Assembly: GCA_020632255.1 (NCBI GenBank)
Contig: JACKFX010000001.1
Location: 58,734-122,733 of the forward strand
Origin: Pseudomonadales bacterium
GTDB lineage: Bacteria; Patescibacteriota; Microgenomatia; UBA1400; PJMF01
Direction: 5' to 3'
DNA length: 64,000 nt
Part shown: in pieces, positions 16,284 to 25,324 of the stretch
Layout: the number at the start of each line of letters is the position of its first letter
Position numbering within the stretch: the first letter of the stretch is position 1
Program-made: the position numbers and the translations under genes
The notes under the pieces: model-generated
Database searches by the model: none
What the model saw: the letters and a program-made list of their open reading frames with translations, nothing else
What the model was told of the DNA's origin: nothing

Positions 16284-16586
16284 ATGTAATTTATCTTGTG
16301 GGTCAACTGGGACTGCTCGCTTGCTGTGCAAGCTGTGCGATGCTTGTACTGTTTGTGGCTATACAATTACTACTCGCATGGCGAACCAAGGGTTTGATTC
16401 CAACAATTATCCCAGCATATAAAAAAACTAGCATGATGCTAGTTTTTTTATATGTGTGACACGAACTCTGATACGGAACTCCCCTCTTTCTCAAGTATGA
16501 ACCTAGTTTTTTCTTATTATGATTTGGATATTAGGTTGTTGCGGTGGAAGAATCGGTGGGTCAGATAGTGCTGTTATAATCTAGTT
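16284..16586 (+). repeat. cassette-boundary unit K1 (exact 16-nt tRNA-Lys 3' copy tgggtcaactgggact + module A + terminator + extended -10 promoter)
   Basis: About 99% identical to K2 over ~270 bp. Terminator aaaaaaactagcatgatgctagttttttt. TGtTATAAT at 16572-16580, 6 nt before the ATG at 16587. Confidence 0.7.
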
Positions 16587-17363
16587 ATGCAAGAAAAGGT
16601 TCAAATTAAAAACAAAAAAGGATTACTACTTTCAGCAGTAATAGAAAGACCTGATGATACAGGCAAGTATCCTACAGTTCTCTTTTTACACGGTTTTAAG
16701 GGATATAAAGAGGAAGCTACTTACACTGACTTAGCTCAGAGATTTCTTGAGCATGGCATAGCAAGTGTTTGTTTTGATGCTTCAGGATTTGGAGACAGTG
16801 AAGGCACGTTAGAAGACGACTACCGATTTTCTAATTATATTGATGACACAGAAGCTGTATTTACTTGGTTATTAAAACAAGACTTTGCGGATACAAACAA
16901 ACTCGGTGTTGTTGGACAAAGTATGGGAGGAGCTCAAACAATTCTTTTTGCTTCAAATCACCCTGAGTTAAAAATAGCTATTTCTATATCTCCACCAGAT
17001 AAAATAGGCACAGATGATGCTTTGGGTGCTGTTAAAGATCAATGGAAAAATATGGGATATCTTCAAGAGATGAGTTCCAGGTATGGTAAAGAAATAAAAA
17101 TTCCTTATGTATATCTTGAGGACGCAATGCAATATGACTTTGCTAAGTTGGCAGCAAATGTCCAGTGCCCTCTCGTAGTGGTTCTTGGTGAAAAAGATGA
17201 TATTGTTTTGCCAACTCAAACTGAGCGTGTTTTCAATGCTGCAAAGGAACCTAAAATTCTTTTACGTTTTGAGAACATGGATCACTTTTATAAGCGAGAT
17301 AAGAAAGTTTTGAATGAAGTTGGTAGAAAAATAACAAATATAATTGTTGAATATTTACATTGA
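16587..17363 (+). CDS. alpha/beta hydrolase (GQSMGG nucleophile elbow)
   Basis: HGFKGYKEE, the GxSxG motif GQSMGG, and a C-terminal His region. Confidence 0.6.
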   Translation: MQEKVQIKNKKGLLLSAVIERPDDTGKYPTVLFLHGFKGYKEEATYTDLAQRFLEHGIASVCFDASGFGDSEGTLEDDYRFSNYIDDTEAVFTWLLKQDFADTNKLGVVGQSMGGAQTILFASNHPELKIAISISPPDKIGTDDALGAVKDQWKNMGYLQEMSSRYGKEIKIPYVYLEDAMQYDFAKLAANVQCPLVVVLGEKDDIVLPTQTERVFNAAKEPKILLRFENMDHFYKRDKKVLNEVGRKITNIIVEYLH

Positions 17364-17373
17364 TATATCAATT

Positions 17374-17646
17374 AAAGTCGTCTTGTGGGTCAACTGGGAC
17401 TGCTCGCTTGCTGTGCAAGCTGTGCGATGCTTGTACTGTTTGTGGCTATACAATTACTACTCGCATGGCGAACCAAGGGTTTGATTCCAACAATTATCCC
17501 AGCATATAAAAAAACTAGCATGATGCTAGTTTTTTTATATGTGTGACACGAACTCTGATACGGAACTCCCCTCTTTCTCAAGTATGAACCTAGTTTTTTC
17601 TTTTTATGATTTGGATATTAGGTTGTTGCGGTGGAGGAATCGGTGG
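17374..17646 (+). repeat. cassette-boundary unit K2
   Basis: Near-identical to K1 (exact tRNA-Lys 3' copy at 17386-17401, module A, terminator, promoter segment). Confidence 0.7.
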
Positions 17647-18549
17647 TTAAACTGATTTCTTTTTATTTCTTGAAGCAATTTGAGCTCCTATTATTGCTAA
17701 AGTTCCACCAATTATAAATGGAATTGTAATTCTTTCACCCAAAATTAATGCTGCTAAGCCTATCCCAGTAATTGGCTGTAAATAAGTAAAGAGAGATGCT
17801 GTTATAGCTGAACCATGTTTCAAAGCATATTGATACGATAAATAGAAAATACCCGTACCGACTAAACCAATATACACACCACTTAAAATATGTATTGAGC
17901 TATACCCCGTTGGAAATCCGAAAGTCATGAATTCATACCCTACAAAAGGTAAGCTAATTAAGAAAGTAACTAGACTAAAATAAAAGGTTAACGCTATTGG
18001 AGAAACACTCCAAGATTTTTGTTTTTCTTTACTGATTAGTCCATAAGATAAGAAAGCTAATGAAGCTAGAAAAATAAGCAAGTTGCCAAATACAGACATA
18101 GAGCCAAATCCTTTATCTAATAAAGGCAAAAGAACAATTATTCCCACTCCAAAAAGACCAATTATTATGCCCACTAACTTTTGGCTATCAATCTTATGTT
18201 TTTTTATGAACATAACATAAATAGCTGTCATAGCTGGCACACCTGCATAAATTAATGGAGAGAATGATGCCTGTGTAAATTGAAGAGCAATAAATAATAA
18301 AATGGGGTTAAGAGATCCAATTATTGATACTGGTAGCAGATCTTTGAATTTTTGAATACTAAATTCTTTGGATTTGATTACCAACGGCAATAAAACTATT
18401 GATGCAAAAAAGAATCTAAGTGCTACAACTGTGAAAGGTTTGAAAAAAGATAGAGCAAATTTAGCTGCAACAGGTACTGAACCACCTGTAATTGCTGCAA
18501 TTATTATGAAAATTAGTGAAGACGAAAAGATTTTTGAATTTTTGTTCAT
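17647..18549 (-). CDS. EamA/DMT family transporter (10 TM)
   Basis: Two repeated 5-TM halves with the G-rich EamA signature. Confidence 0.55.
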   Translation of the reverse strand: MNKNSKIFSSSLIFIIIAAITGGSVPVAAKFALSFFKPFTVVALRFFFASIVLLPLVIKSKEFSIQKFKDLLPVSIIGSLNPILLFIALQFTQASFSPLIYAGVPAMTAIYVMFIKKHKIDSQKLVGIIIGLFGVGIIVLLPLLDKGFGSMSVFGNLLIFLASLAFLSYGLISKEKQKSWSVSPIALTFYFSLVTFLISLPFVGYEFMTFGFPTGYSSIHILSGVYIGLVGTGIFYLSYQYALKHGSAITASLFTYLQPITGIGLAALILGERITIPFIIGGTLAIIGAQIASRNKKKSV

Positions 18550-18618
18550 GAGAATATTCTACCATCTATGATATAAATTATAACTTGATAAGCTAATTGA
18601 GGAAATAAGACTATAAAT

Positions 18619-18791
18619 CAATCTAAGTTTTCTTGTGGGTCAACTGGGACTGCTCGCTTGCTGTGCAAGCTGTGCGATGCTTGTACTGTTTGTGGCTATA
18701 CAATTACTACTCGCATGGCGAACCAAGGGTTTGATTCCAACAATTATCCCAGCATATAAAAAAACTAGCATGATGCTAGTTTTTTTATATG
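18619..18791 (+). repeat. cassette-boundary unit K3, directly abutting tRNA-Lys
   Basis: Exact tRNA-Lys 3' copy at 18636-18651, module A and terminator. The promoter segment is replaced by the tRNA itself. Confidence 0.7.
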
Positions 18792-18865
18792 TGGGTCAAC
18801 TGGGACTCGAACCCAGGACACCCTGCTTAAGAGGCAGGTGCTCTAACCGACTGAGCTATTGACCC
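18792..18865 (-). tRNA. tRNA-Lys(CTT)
   Basis: Acceptor GGGTCAA/TTGACCC, D-arm GCTCAGTCGGTTAGAGC, anticodon loop CTCTTAA, T-arm CTGGGTTCGAGTCCCAG. Confidence 0.85.
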
Positions 18866-18937
18866 TTTTAACATCACGTATTATACACCTGGTAAAACCA
18901 AAAAGCTACAACTTGCTGATGGCAGATGGAAGAGTTG

Positions 18938-19549
18938 CTATGGTAGTTTAAAACCCTCTGGAATTTCGATACCCTCCATTTGAGTTTTCATCTCATTGAG
19001 GGCATCTTTCGTTTTTTCTTCCATGTCAATAAAGTTCACATCTGCAGGAGGTGTGAAAATGTCATCGCTAAAGTTAGCTGGCTCACAGTTTATAGTGACA
19101 TCTTGCTCTTCGTAGCTGGCTAGTTCCTCTTCATTTTCGAAGTTGGGAATCTCGTAAGGTTCTGTATTTTCACTCATTTCTGCAAGTTCTTCTTCTGATG
19201 GAATGCGGTGTTTAATACCTTCTGTTGCGCCTTCTTCCCAGATATAGGTATACTCGCCATCAGCTATAACATTACCCTTCCCATTTCCCTCTGAGATATT
19301 TTGTCCAGATATGTTGGCTTTTTCACCTTTTACTCTGTACTCAACGACGTTACCATCGGAATCGGTCATAGTACAGAACATTGGTTTTCCTGCCTGCATA
19401 CCTGCAGAGAGTTCTTGTGTTTCTGTGATCATTTCTTGTTCTGATTGGGAAGTTGTGTTTGTATCACTGCTGTTTGGTAGACAAGCAGATAACAGTACTC
19501 CAGCACTGAAAATCATTCCAAAAGTACTAATCGTTTTCGAGAATGACAT
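18938..19549 (-). CDS. secreted acidic lipoprotein (lipobox LSAC), unknown function
   Basis: The most likely start is the internal Met (MSFSKTISTFGMIFSAGVLLSAC). Highly acidic, Glu-rich mature part. Confidence 0.45.
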   Translation of the reverse strand: MSFSKTISTFGMIFSAGVLLSACLPNSSDTNTTSQSEQEMITETQELSAGMQAGKPMFCTMTDSDGNVVEYRVKGEKANISGQNISEGNGKGNVIADGEYTYIWEEGATEGIKHRIPSEEELAEMSENTEPYEIPNFENEEELASYEEQDVTINCEPANFSDDIFTPPADVNFIDMEEKTKDALNEMKTQMEGIEIPEGFKLP

Positions 19550-19632
19550 ATGAGTTTCCCCTTTTTTACTAGAAAGTATTATATTGTGGGCAGTATAGCA
19601 AGGAACGTTCTCTTTGGGTAGCAATGCTCAAC

Positions 19633-20373
19633 CTAACGACACTGGGTGGTACTTTTTTCTCCATTGCAGCAAAAGGGTTTGGGATCCATTTTTCGGTATT
19701 TTTCCCAATACTCTTCATACCAGTACTTGCTGTGGACTGCGTATCTGCCGAGCTCAGGTGAGTAACAACCACAAGGTACGTTTTCAAGGATGTTTCCATT
19801 TGGGCAGACGCCGGCAACTTGTTCCCAGCATGATTTTTGAACTTCTCTGAGTTGAGCAGTTCTGGATGCTTCATCTTCTCCAATCAGCGAGAGTCTCTCA
19901 ACTCTCGAGGTAGTGATGTCCTCAACCTGGACATAGTCACAAACCTGAACCTGGCACTTTTCAGGTTCACTAATGAGATTACAAATTGCAAATGGGGTGT
20001 CAAAAGAGACGTCATCAAGTCGTTGATGTTGTGCAGCAGTCACGGCAGCGAAAGTATAACACTCACTTGGGGCATTAAGTAAAATGCATTTTGCGATATT
20101 CGAGGTTAATGGTGCACCTTTTTGTGCAAGTGTCAGTTGCAACATCACGACAGGAGAAAGCAAAAGTGCTATCCAGAGAATTAGGAAAGTTAGTACAGGA
20201 TGATACTTACGTTTGGAGCGCTTAATAAATGGAATTGCAATCACGGCAAGTCCGGCAGTGAGGGCACATAAAAAAATGAACAGTGCTAGCATAGTGCCGT
20301 ATTCAGTCACCAAGATTCTTGGTAGAGATGTACACACCCATGGTTGTTCTTGGCAGATAGAATACTCGAGCAT
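19633..20373 (-). CDS. membrane protein with a Cys-rich extracellular domain, unknown function
   Basis: Two TM helices, then about 10 cysteines. Confidence 0.4.
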   Translation of the reverse strand: MLEYSICQEQPWVCTSLPRILVTEYGTMLALFIFLCALTAGLAVIAIPFIKRSKRKYHPVLTFLILWIALLLSPVVMLQLTLAQKGAPLTSNIAKCILLNAPSECYTFAAVTAAQHQRLDDVSFDTPFAICNLISEPEKCQVQVCDYVQVEDITTSRVERLSLIGEDEASRTAQLREVQKSCWEQVAGVCPNGNILENVPCGCYSPELGRYAVHSKYWYEEYWEKYRKMDPKPFCCNGEKSTTQCR

Positions 20374-20411
20374 ACATCTAGTATAGACGAAGCTTCAAAA
20401 AAACACCATCT

Positions 20412-21620
20412 TTGCGGGTGTATGACTTTTTCCTGGAGTGGTACTATGCGTGTATGCAAAAAGTTCGTGAATATTTGAAGCAAATTTTGTTTTTTATTCA
20501 TCAGCACGTGCTTATTCTTGGGTTAGCCGGCATAGGAGTTGTGGTTACCGCCCTTTTGACGTTTTCGTTTTTCAAGTTTTCTTCTGTGTTTGTTAGTGCC
20601 CCTGTTCCACAGGTAGTTGAAGTTCCAGAATTCAGTCCATCTCCTACCCCACCACCAGACCCACTACGACCGTATTCAGTGCTGTTGCTTGGATATGGTG
20701 GAGGCACTCACGAAGGTGGTAGTCTGACCGATACGATGTTGTTAGTGTATGTTGTTCCTCGTGAGCAACGAGCAACCCTTTTCTCTATCCCTCGTGATTT
20801 GTGGGTGGAGTTGCCTACTAGTGAAGCAGAAAAAAAGTGGTCTAAAATTAATGCGGCCTTTGCAATTGGAAATGATGATAGCAAGTATCCCGATAAACCT
20901 GAACAGTTTTCTGGCATGGGTGGCGGAGGACGTATGGCAAAGGCTGTTGTTTCTGAAATTTTAGGTATTGAGGTTGATTACTTTGCAGCTATTAATTTTG
21001 CAGGTTTTGTTTCTGCATATGATTCTTTGGGAGATATTTCTGTGTATGTGCCAGTGACTTTTGATGATGAGTTTTATCCAATTGAAGGTTTAGAAAATGA
21101 AACCTGTGATAAATCGGAAGAAGATATTACAGCACTCACTGCCACGATGAGTGGGTACAAGTTGGAACAAGAATTTACCTGCCGGTATGAAAAATTGCAT
21201 TTTGATGCTGGTCTGCAAGTGATGGACGGTGAAACGGCATTGAAGTTTGTGCGCTCACGACACTCCGAGCAACATGGTGGAGATTTTGGTCGATCACAAC
21301 GACAGCAAGCGTTGTTAGCGGCTGTCAAAAATAAGTTGTTTACCCCAGCGGGATTATTGCAGCTCATTCCAACGGCTTTGCGGATGACAAACTATGTGCA
21401 AACTGACGTCACCCCAGAAAAAATTAAAGAGATTATTACTACCCATGAGGGTTTGAGTGAGTATGAACTATCGACTGTGAGACTTACAGATGATAAGGGT
21501 GATGATATTCTTAAGCAAACATATAGTGCGGATGGCCAGTACATTTTGGTGCCAACTTCGGGACAGGGAGATTGGACGAGTGTGAGGGAGTTTTTTATAC
21601 AGGAAGTAACTAAGCAATAG
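20412..21620 (+). CDS. LytR-CpsA-Psr (LCP) family cell-envelope phosphotransferase
   Basis: N-terminal TM anchor. LLLGYGGGTHEGGSLTDTMLLVYV…SIPRDLWVELP matches the LCP core. Confidence 0.6.
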   Translation: MRVYDFFLEWYYACMQKVREYLKQILFFIHQHVLILGLAGIGVVVTALLTFSFFKFSSVFVSAPVPQVVEVPEFSPSPTPPPDPLRPYSVLLLGYGGGTHEGGSLTDTMLLVYVVPREQRATLFSIPRDLWVELPTSEAEKKWSKINAAFAIGNDDSKYPDKPEQFSGMGGGGRMAKAVVSEILGIEVDYFAAINFAGFVSAYDSLGDISVYVPVTFDDEFYPIEGLENETCDKSEEDITALTATMSGYKLEQEFTCRYEKLHFDAGLQVMDGETALKFVRSRHSEQHGGDFGRSQRQQALLAAVKNKLFTPAGLLQLIPTALRMTNYVQTDVTPEKIKEIITTHEGLSEYELSTVRLTDDKGDDILKQTYSADGQYILVPTSGQGDWTSVREFFIQEVTKQ

Positions 21621-21630
21621 GTGAATTGAT

Positions 21631-22758
21631 ATGAATGAAAAAAACCATCATCTTTCAGAGTTATTAGGAATCGTTCAGAAAGAAAAGCCAACCAAGAGAA
21701 ATAATTACGATGTAGTTAGTATCCCCGAGTTTTTTACTCAGTTTCAAGCGGAGGCTCTTAATGCTGAAAGGAGGGTATGGCTAGAGACGATGTACGCGCT
21801 ACCATCCCATTTTACAGATTTGTTAGCTCACACTTTGATTGAATCAGCAAAAAATGACTTAGACGTTCGATTGTATACAGATGGCATTCAACGAGTACAC
21901 TATCTAGCTGGTGTAGTTGCCTCAAAGTTATTTGGTTCAAAAACAGAACGGGATTATCAACATGCTGCTGCACTGAATATGCAACAATCTTTTGATGCTT
22001 CGGGCGTGCAATATATTGAAACGAGGGAGTTTACAAAAAAAAACTGGTTAATCTTCTCATTACTTCGAAATCATTTTAAGCTTGCAGTTGTAGATAACAC
22101 TTTGTGGCTTGGAGGTCTTAATGCTGGAAAAGAATCTGATTACAATAGAATTGATTACATGATGAGATTTGATTCAAAAGAACTTGTTGATTTTATTGTT
22201 GAAGTTGTAAATTCACAATCAGAGCTCACAACAGATATCTCAAAACAGATTGGAGCTGAGACAGTTTTAGTTGATCGCGGATTTCCAGGAGAGTCTGTTA
22301 TTTATGATACCTTGTTGAAGCAATTAGCAGATATTAATAATCCAAAAACGACGAAAGTTACACTCTTGTCTCCGTGGGTTCCTGATGGGAAATTATTAGA
22401 TATGTTGGCACAGCTACAAGCTCAGGGTGCTGAGGTGAAGGTTCTGACGAGTTATCATCCCCTATCACTTTCACCAGTGGGTATTTATGCTCTTGTGAAA
22501 AACTATAATAGATTACTTATGAAACTCAAACGTAAAAAATTACAATTACTTGAAACTCCTCTTGAGGTACATGGAAAAATGGTTCTTATTGAGGAAGCCG
22601 AAAGATCTGTTGGAACAATAACTACTCATAACTATGTTTCTCAAGGTATAAAAATGGGAACCACAGAAATAGGAATATCATCAGTAGATCCTGATTTTTG
22701 TTCTTCATGTAAAGATTATTTACAAAAAGTTGAGTCTGTTTCTGAAATGAGTACCTGA
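21631..22758 (+). CDS. phospholipase D-like (two HKD motifs) family protein
   Basis: HFKLAVVDNTLWLGGLNAG (HxKx4D…GGxN) and HGKMVLIEE…GTITTHN (HxKx4E…GTxN). Confidence 0.5.
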   Translation: MNEKNHHLSELLGIVQKEKPTKRNNYDVVSIPEFFTQFQAEALNAERRVWLETMYALPSHFTDLLAHTLIESAKNDLDVRLYTDGIQRVHYLAGVVASKLFGSKTERDYQHAAALNMQQSFDASGVQYIETREFTKKNWLIFSLLRNHFKLAVVDNTLWLGGLNAGKESDYNRIDYMMRFDSKELVDFIVEVVNSQSELTTDISKQIGAETVLVDRGFPGESVIYDTLLKQLADINNPKTTKVTLLSPWVPDGKLLDMLAQLQAQGAEVKVLTSYHPLSLSPVGIYALVKNYNRLLMKLKRKKLQLLETPLEVHGKMVLIEEAERSVGTITTHNYVSQGIKMGTTEIGISSVDPDFCSSCKDYLQKVESVSEMST

Positions 22759-23111
22759 AAATAATGATGAGTTCTCAGTGCATATGGGTAAATTGTTCAT
22801 GAGGTGCAACCTTTGCATAATTGATCCATGCTGACGAGTGTCATTGATTCTATAACTTCAGAATATGCAGTTGGGTCGATAGAAGAAATGGTAGAAGCTG
22901 CATTTTGGAATGTATACATTAGCGGCAGAGAAGAAAACATTCCAATGCTGCCTATGTTGACTTATATCTAATCCGAATTACAATACATGTAATTTGTCTG
23001 CTTCCGCAATGTAACGGCTGGCCGTTACATGACGTGCAATTTTGCTTGCGGTTGCAGAAGAAACTGTTTTTTAACAGAACCCACTTCACAAGAGGTGGGT
23101 AAGGAGACACA

Positions 23112-23486
23112 GTGGGAAAAATCTTGTTCGCAATTTTAGCGATAATAGTTGTGGTTTATTTTGTGGTAAAGCTCTTTTTCGGAGCTTATCCACCGTTAAT
23201 TCCTAGAATTGAAACTAGGTTTACTACAGAAAATCAGGTGGTAGTAGAATTTATAAGACCACCTGAAAGAAATGAAACCAGAAGCATTAGTCTTGTTTCT
23301 GGTTTAGTTTTTGCACATACGATTGAATTTGTGAATGGTGATGAAATGGTAATAGTGTTACCCCCCTCAGTGGGTTGTGAAAATGTAACCCTAGAGGCTA
23401 AAGCATCAAAGCGTGTGCCTATAGGGGGGTACGTCTACAACTCTCAGAGGAGTACCCAAGTAGTCGTTAACATTTGTGCTCCTTGA
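23112..23486 (+). CDS. small membrane-anchored protein, unknown
   Basis: N-terminal TM helix. Flanked by GC-rich hairpins (22975-22995 and 23489-23530). Confidence 0.35.
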   Translation: MGKILFAILAIIVVVYFVVKLFFGAYPPLIPRIETRFTTENQVVVEFIRPPERNETRSISLVSGLVFAHTIEFVNGDEMVIVLPPSVGCENVTLEAKASKRVPIGGYVYNSQRSTQVVVNICAP

Positions 23487-24312
23487 GAAGTTTTTTGCCC
23501 CCCCCTTGGAATGCATACCTATCCGGGGGGGCATACATATACATCATGGTTTGTTGTGAACATCCTAATTCGTTGCCCCCTCAGTCTTAGTGGCCAAAAT
23601 GCATGAGTACTGTGCTAGCTGTTATTTGTTACTAGATTATCTGAAGCGAGGGCTATGTTTTGATGAGTGAGTTGAAATATACCTGGCTTTGTCCTTTGGA
23701 TTATGCGCTGGAATACTTTCAGAACCCCATTCATATTTCTTATGGGTTTTTTAGTTAAGCGGTTTTGAACGTAGCATTTATAGTAGAATTTGTAGATATT
23801 TTCGCTTCTGTGATTCCACCCGGACTCACTTTCCCATAAATATATCAAAAGTTTGGGAGAAAAAGAAAAAGTGTACAAGTTGCACCCATTATCTCATGTG
23901 TGTAGCAGGTTAGAAGTTATTATGTAACCAATGCATATTATTGAGATGCTAACCAATTTAAGAATTCAGTTGCATTACTTGCGTTCGCTCTATTCATATA
24001 TTCATCTGGAATTTGAATAGTTTCACGAACTCCCCCAACTATATGACCTTCAACTGGCAAACCAGGGTCATTTTTTGATTCGTATGTAATTCTACTCGGA
24101 TCAATTGACAGTCTTTCTCCCAAACCAGTAGACAAAAGACTCATAATGCTGTCATAAGTTTTCTTCATATTTAGTTTTTATAAGTATCTTTAATAATGCA
24201 AATAGTATAGCACCTTTCAATTCTTTTTGTATTTTTTGGGTTCTACAGTTTTTTCACTCATCCCAATTTCAACACACTTCTAATCTGGAGTTCTGACTTT
24301 GCGGAGGTGGTG

Positions 24313-24330
24313 CTGTTGGACTGTGTTGAA
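24313..24330 (+). repeat. boundary motif, diverged copy (ctgttggactgtgttgaa)
   Basis: Immediately downstream of the HD-domain gene stop codon. Confidence 0.5.
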
Positions 24331-24335
24331 ATTAG

Positions 24336-24908
24336 TTATTTAACAAATACTTCTTTTAAAGCTTCATATCTATATCGAACATCTTCTCTTACATCGTCAA
24401 AGAAAATCTTTTTGTGAAAATCTCTATCTAATTTTTCGGTAACCCATTCTAAAAATTCATCATATGTTTTATTTTCAGGAATGTGCAACCAAGTAAATTG
24501 AACATAAAAATCAGTTGTAAGATGTGCTAAAGCATCAGCAGTTGCCATAACTTTTCCTTCAAGTGATTCAGGTAAGTGTCCATTTCTACAAGAATGAGGT
24601 TTAATTACTTCATTGAGGATTCTAGATATCTCTATTTCAGAGTAGTCAGCCTCTTTAAGAACTTCAGTTGCTTTTTGCATTGATATTTCCTCATGTGCTT
24701 CAGCATGTCGATATATAAAAGCATCTCCAAAATCGTGGAGCAGAGCACCTGCAACCGCTAAATCTTCGTTCGCTCCATGTATTTTAGCTAACTCTTCAGT
24801 CCTCGCTACAACAATAGGAACATGATTTTTCCACACCCATTGCCCAAACGGTTCTATACAATCTAAATATGCTCTTTCTACTAATTCATAGACCTTTTTA
24901 TGCTTCAT
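24336..24908 (-). CDS. HD-domain phosphohydrolase
   Basis: H…HD…D motif (ALLHDFGD). Confidence 0.6.
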   Translation of the reverse strand: MKHKKVYELVERAYLDCIEPFGQWVWKNHVPIVVARTEELAKIHGANEDLAVAGALLHDFGDAFIYRHAEAHEEISMQKATEVLKEADYSEIEISRILNEVIKPHSCRNGHLPESLEGKVMATADALAHLTTDFYVQFTWLHIPENKTYDEFLEWVTEKLDRDFHKKIFFDDVREDVRYRYEALKEVFVK

Positions 24909-25218
24909 TACTTATTCTTTCTTCTAAAGAGTTCATTGTTTGACCAAATTCTTTTTCTAAATCAATATTGTACTGATCCGCAAGAATAATAATTGACCAC
25001 AAGCAATCTGATAACTCATGTTTCAACTTTTCATCTACATCATCTATCTCACGTACTCCACTTTTAGCTTGGATTAGTTTAGATAAATCACCAACATCCC
25101 CTACAAAACCACTCATCAATTCTTGTGGAGTCCATTCTCTTCCATATTTTTCTTTTTCAAGTTGAAAATATTTTTGTCTAACTGCTAAAGCTTTTTGAAT
25201 TATTTGCTGAAATGTCAT
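24898..25218 (-). CDS. MazG-like nucleotide pyrophosphohydrolase
   Basis: ELMSGFVGDVGDL…ELSDCLWSIIILADQYNIDLE matches the MazG/EEXXE helical core. Overlaps the HD gene by 11 nt (operon). Confidence 0.5.
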   Translation of the reverse strand: MTFQQIIQKALAVRQKYFQLEKEKYGREWTPQELMSGFVGDVGDLSKLIQAKSGVREIDDVDEKLKHELSDCLWSIIILADQYNIDLEKEFGQTMNSLEERISNEA

Positions 25219-25324
25219 AGATTAGCTTGAGTTTTTACTCTTGGGAAAATCATATCAGTCGAGATGCCATTTAGTAAGCATGAGTTATAGTAATTGACAG
25301 TGTAGCTCTTAAAGTGGATGATTC

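Larger units (their letters stand above)
15119..18791 (-). mobile_element. tandem array of integrase-less cargo cassettes anchored at tRNA-Lys
   Basis: Four ~170-300 bp units (K0-K3), each beginning with a 14-16 nt copy of the tRNA-Lys 3' end and delimiting 1-2-gene cassettes. Confidence 0.55.

Noticed and set aside
16303-16494. Identical 63-aa ORFs at 16303-16494 and 17390-17581 (minus strand)
   Set aside because: They lie entirely within the ~99%-identical boundary units K1/K2 and span the terminator hairpin. Their conservation is explained by repeat identity, not by coding.
15119-18791. Regularly recurring ~170-300-bp units could be mistaken for a CRISPR-like array
   Set aside because: The units are far longer than CRISPR repeats and contain tRNA 3'-end copies, terminators and promoters. 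The spacers are 0.9-1.2-kb protein-coding cassettes, and there are no cas genes. They are tRNA-anchored cassette boundaries.
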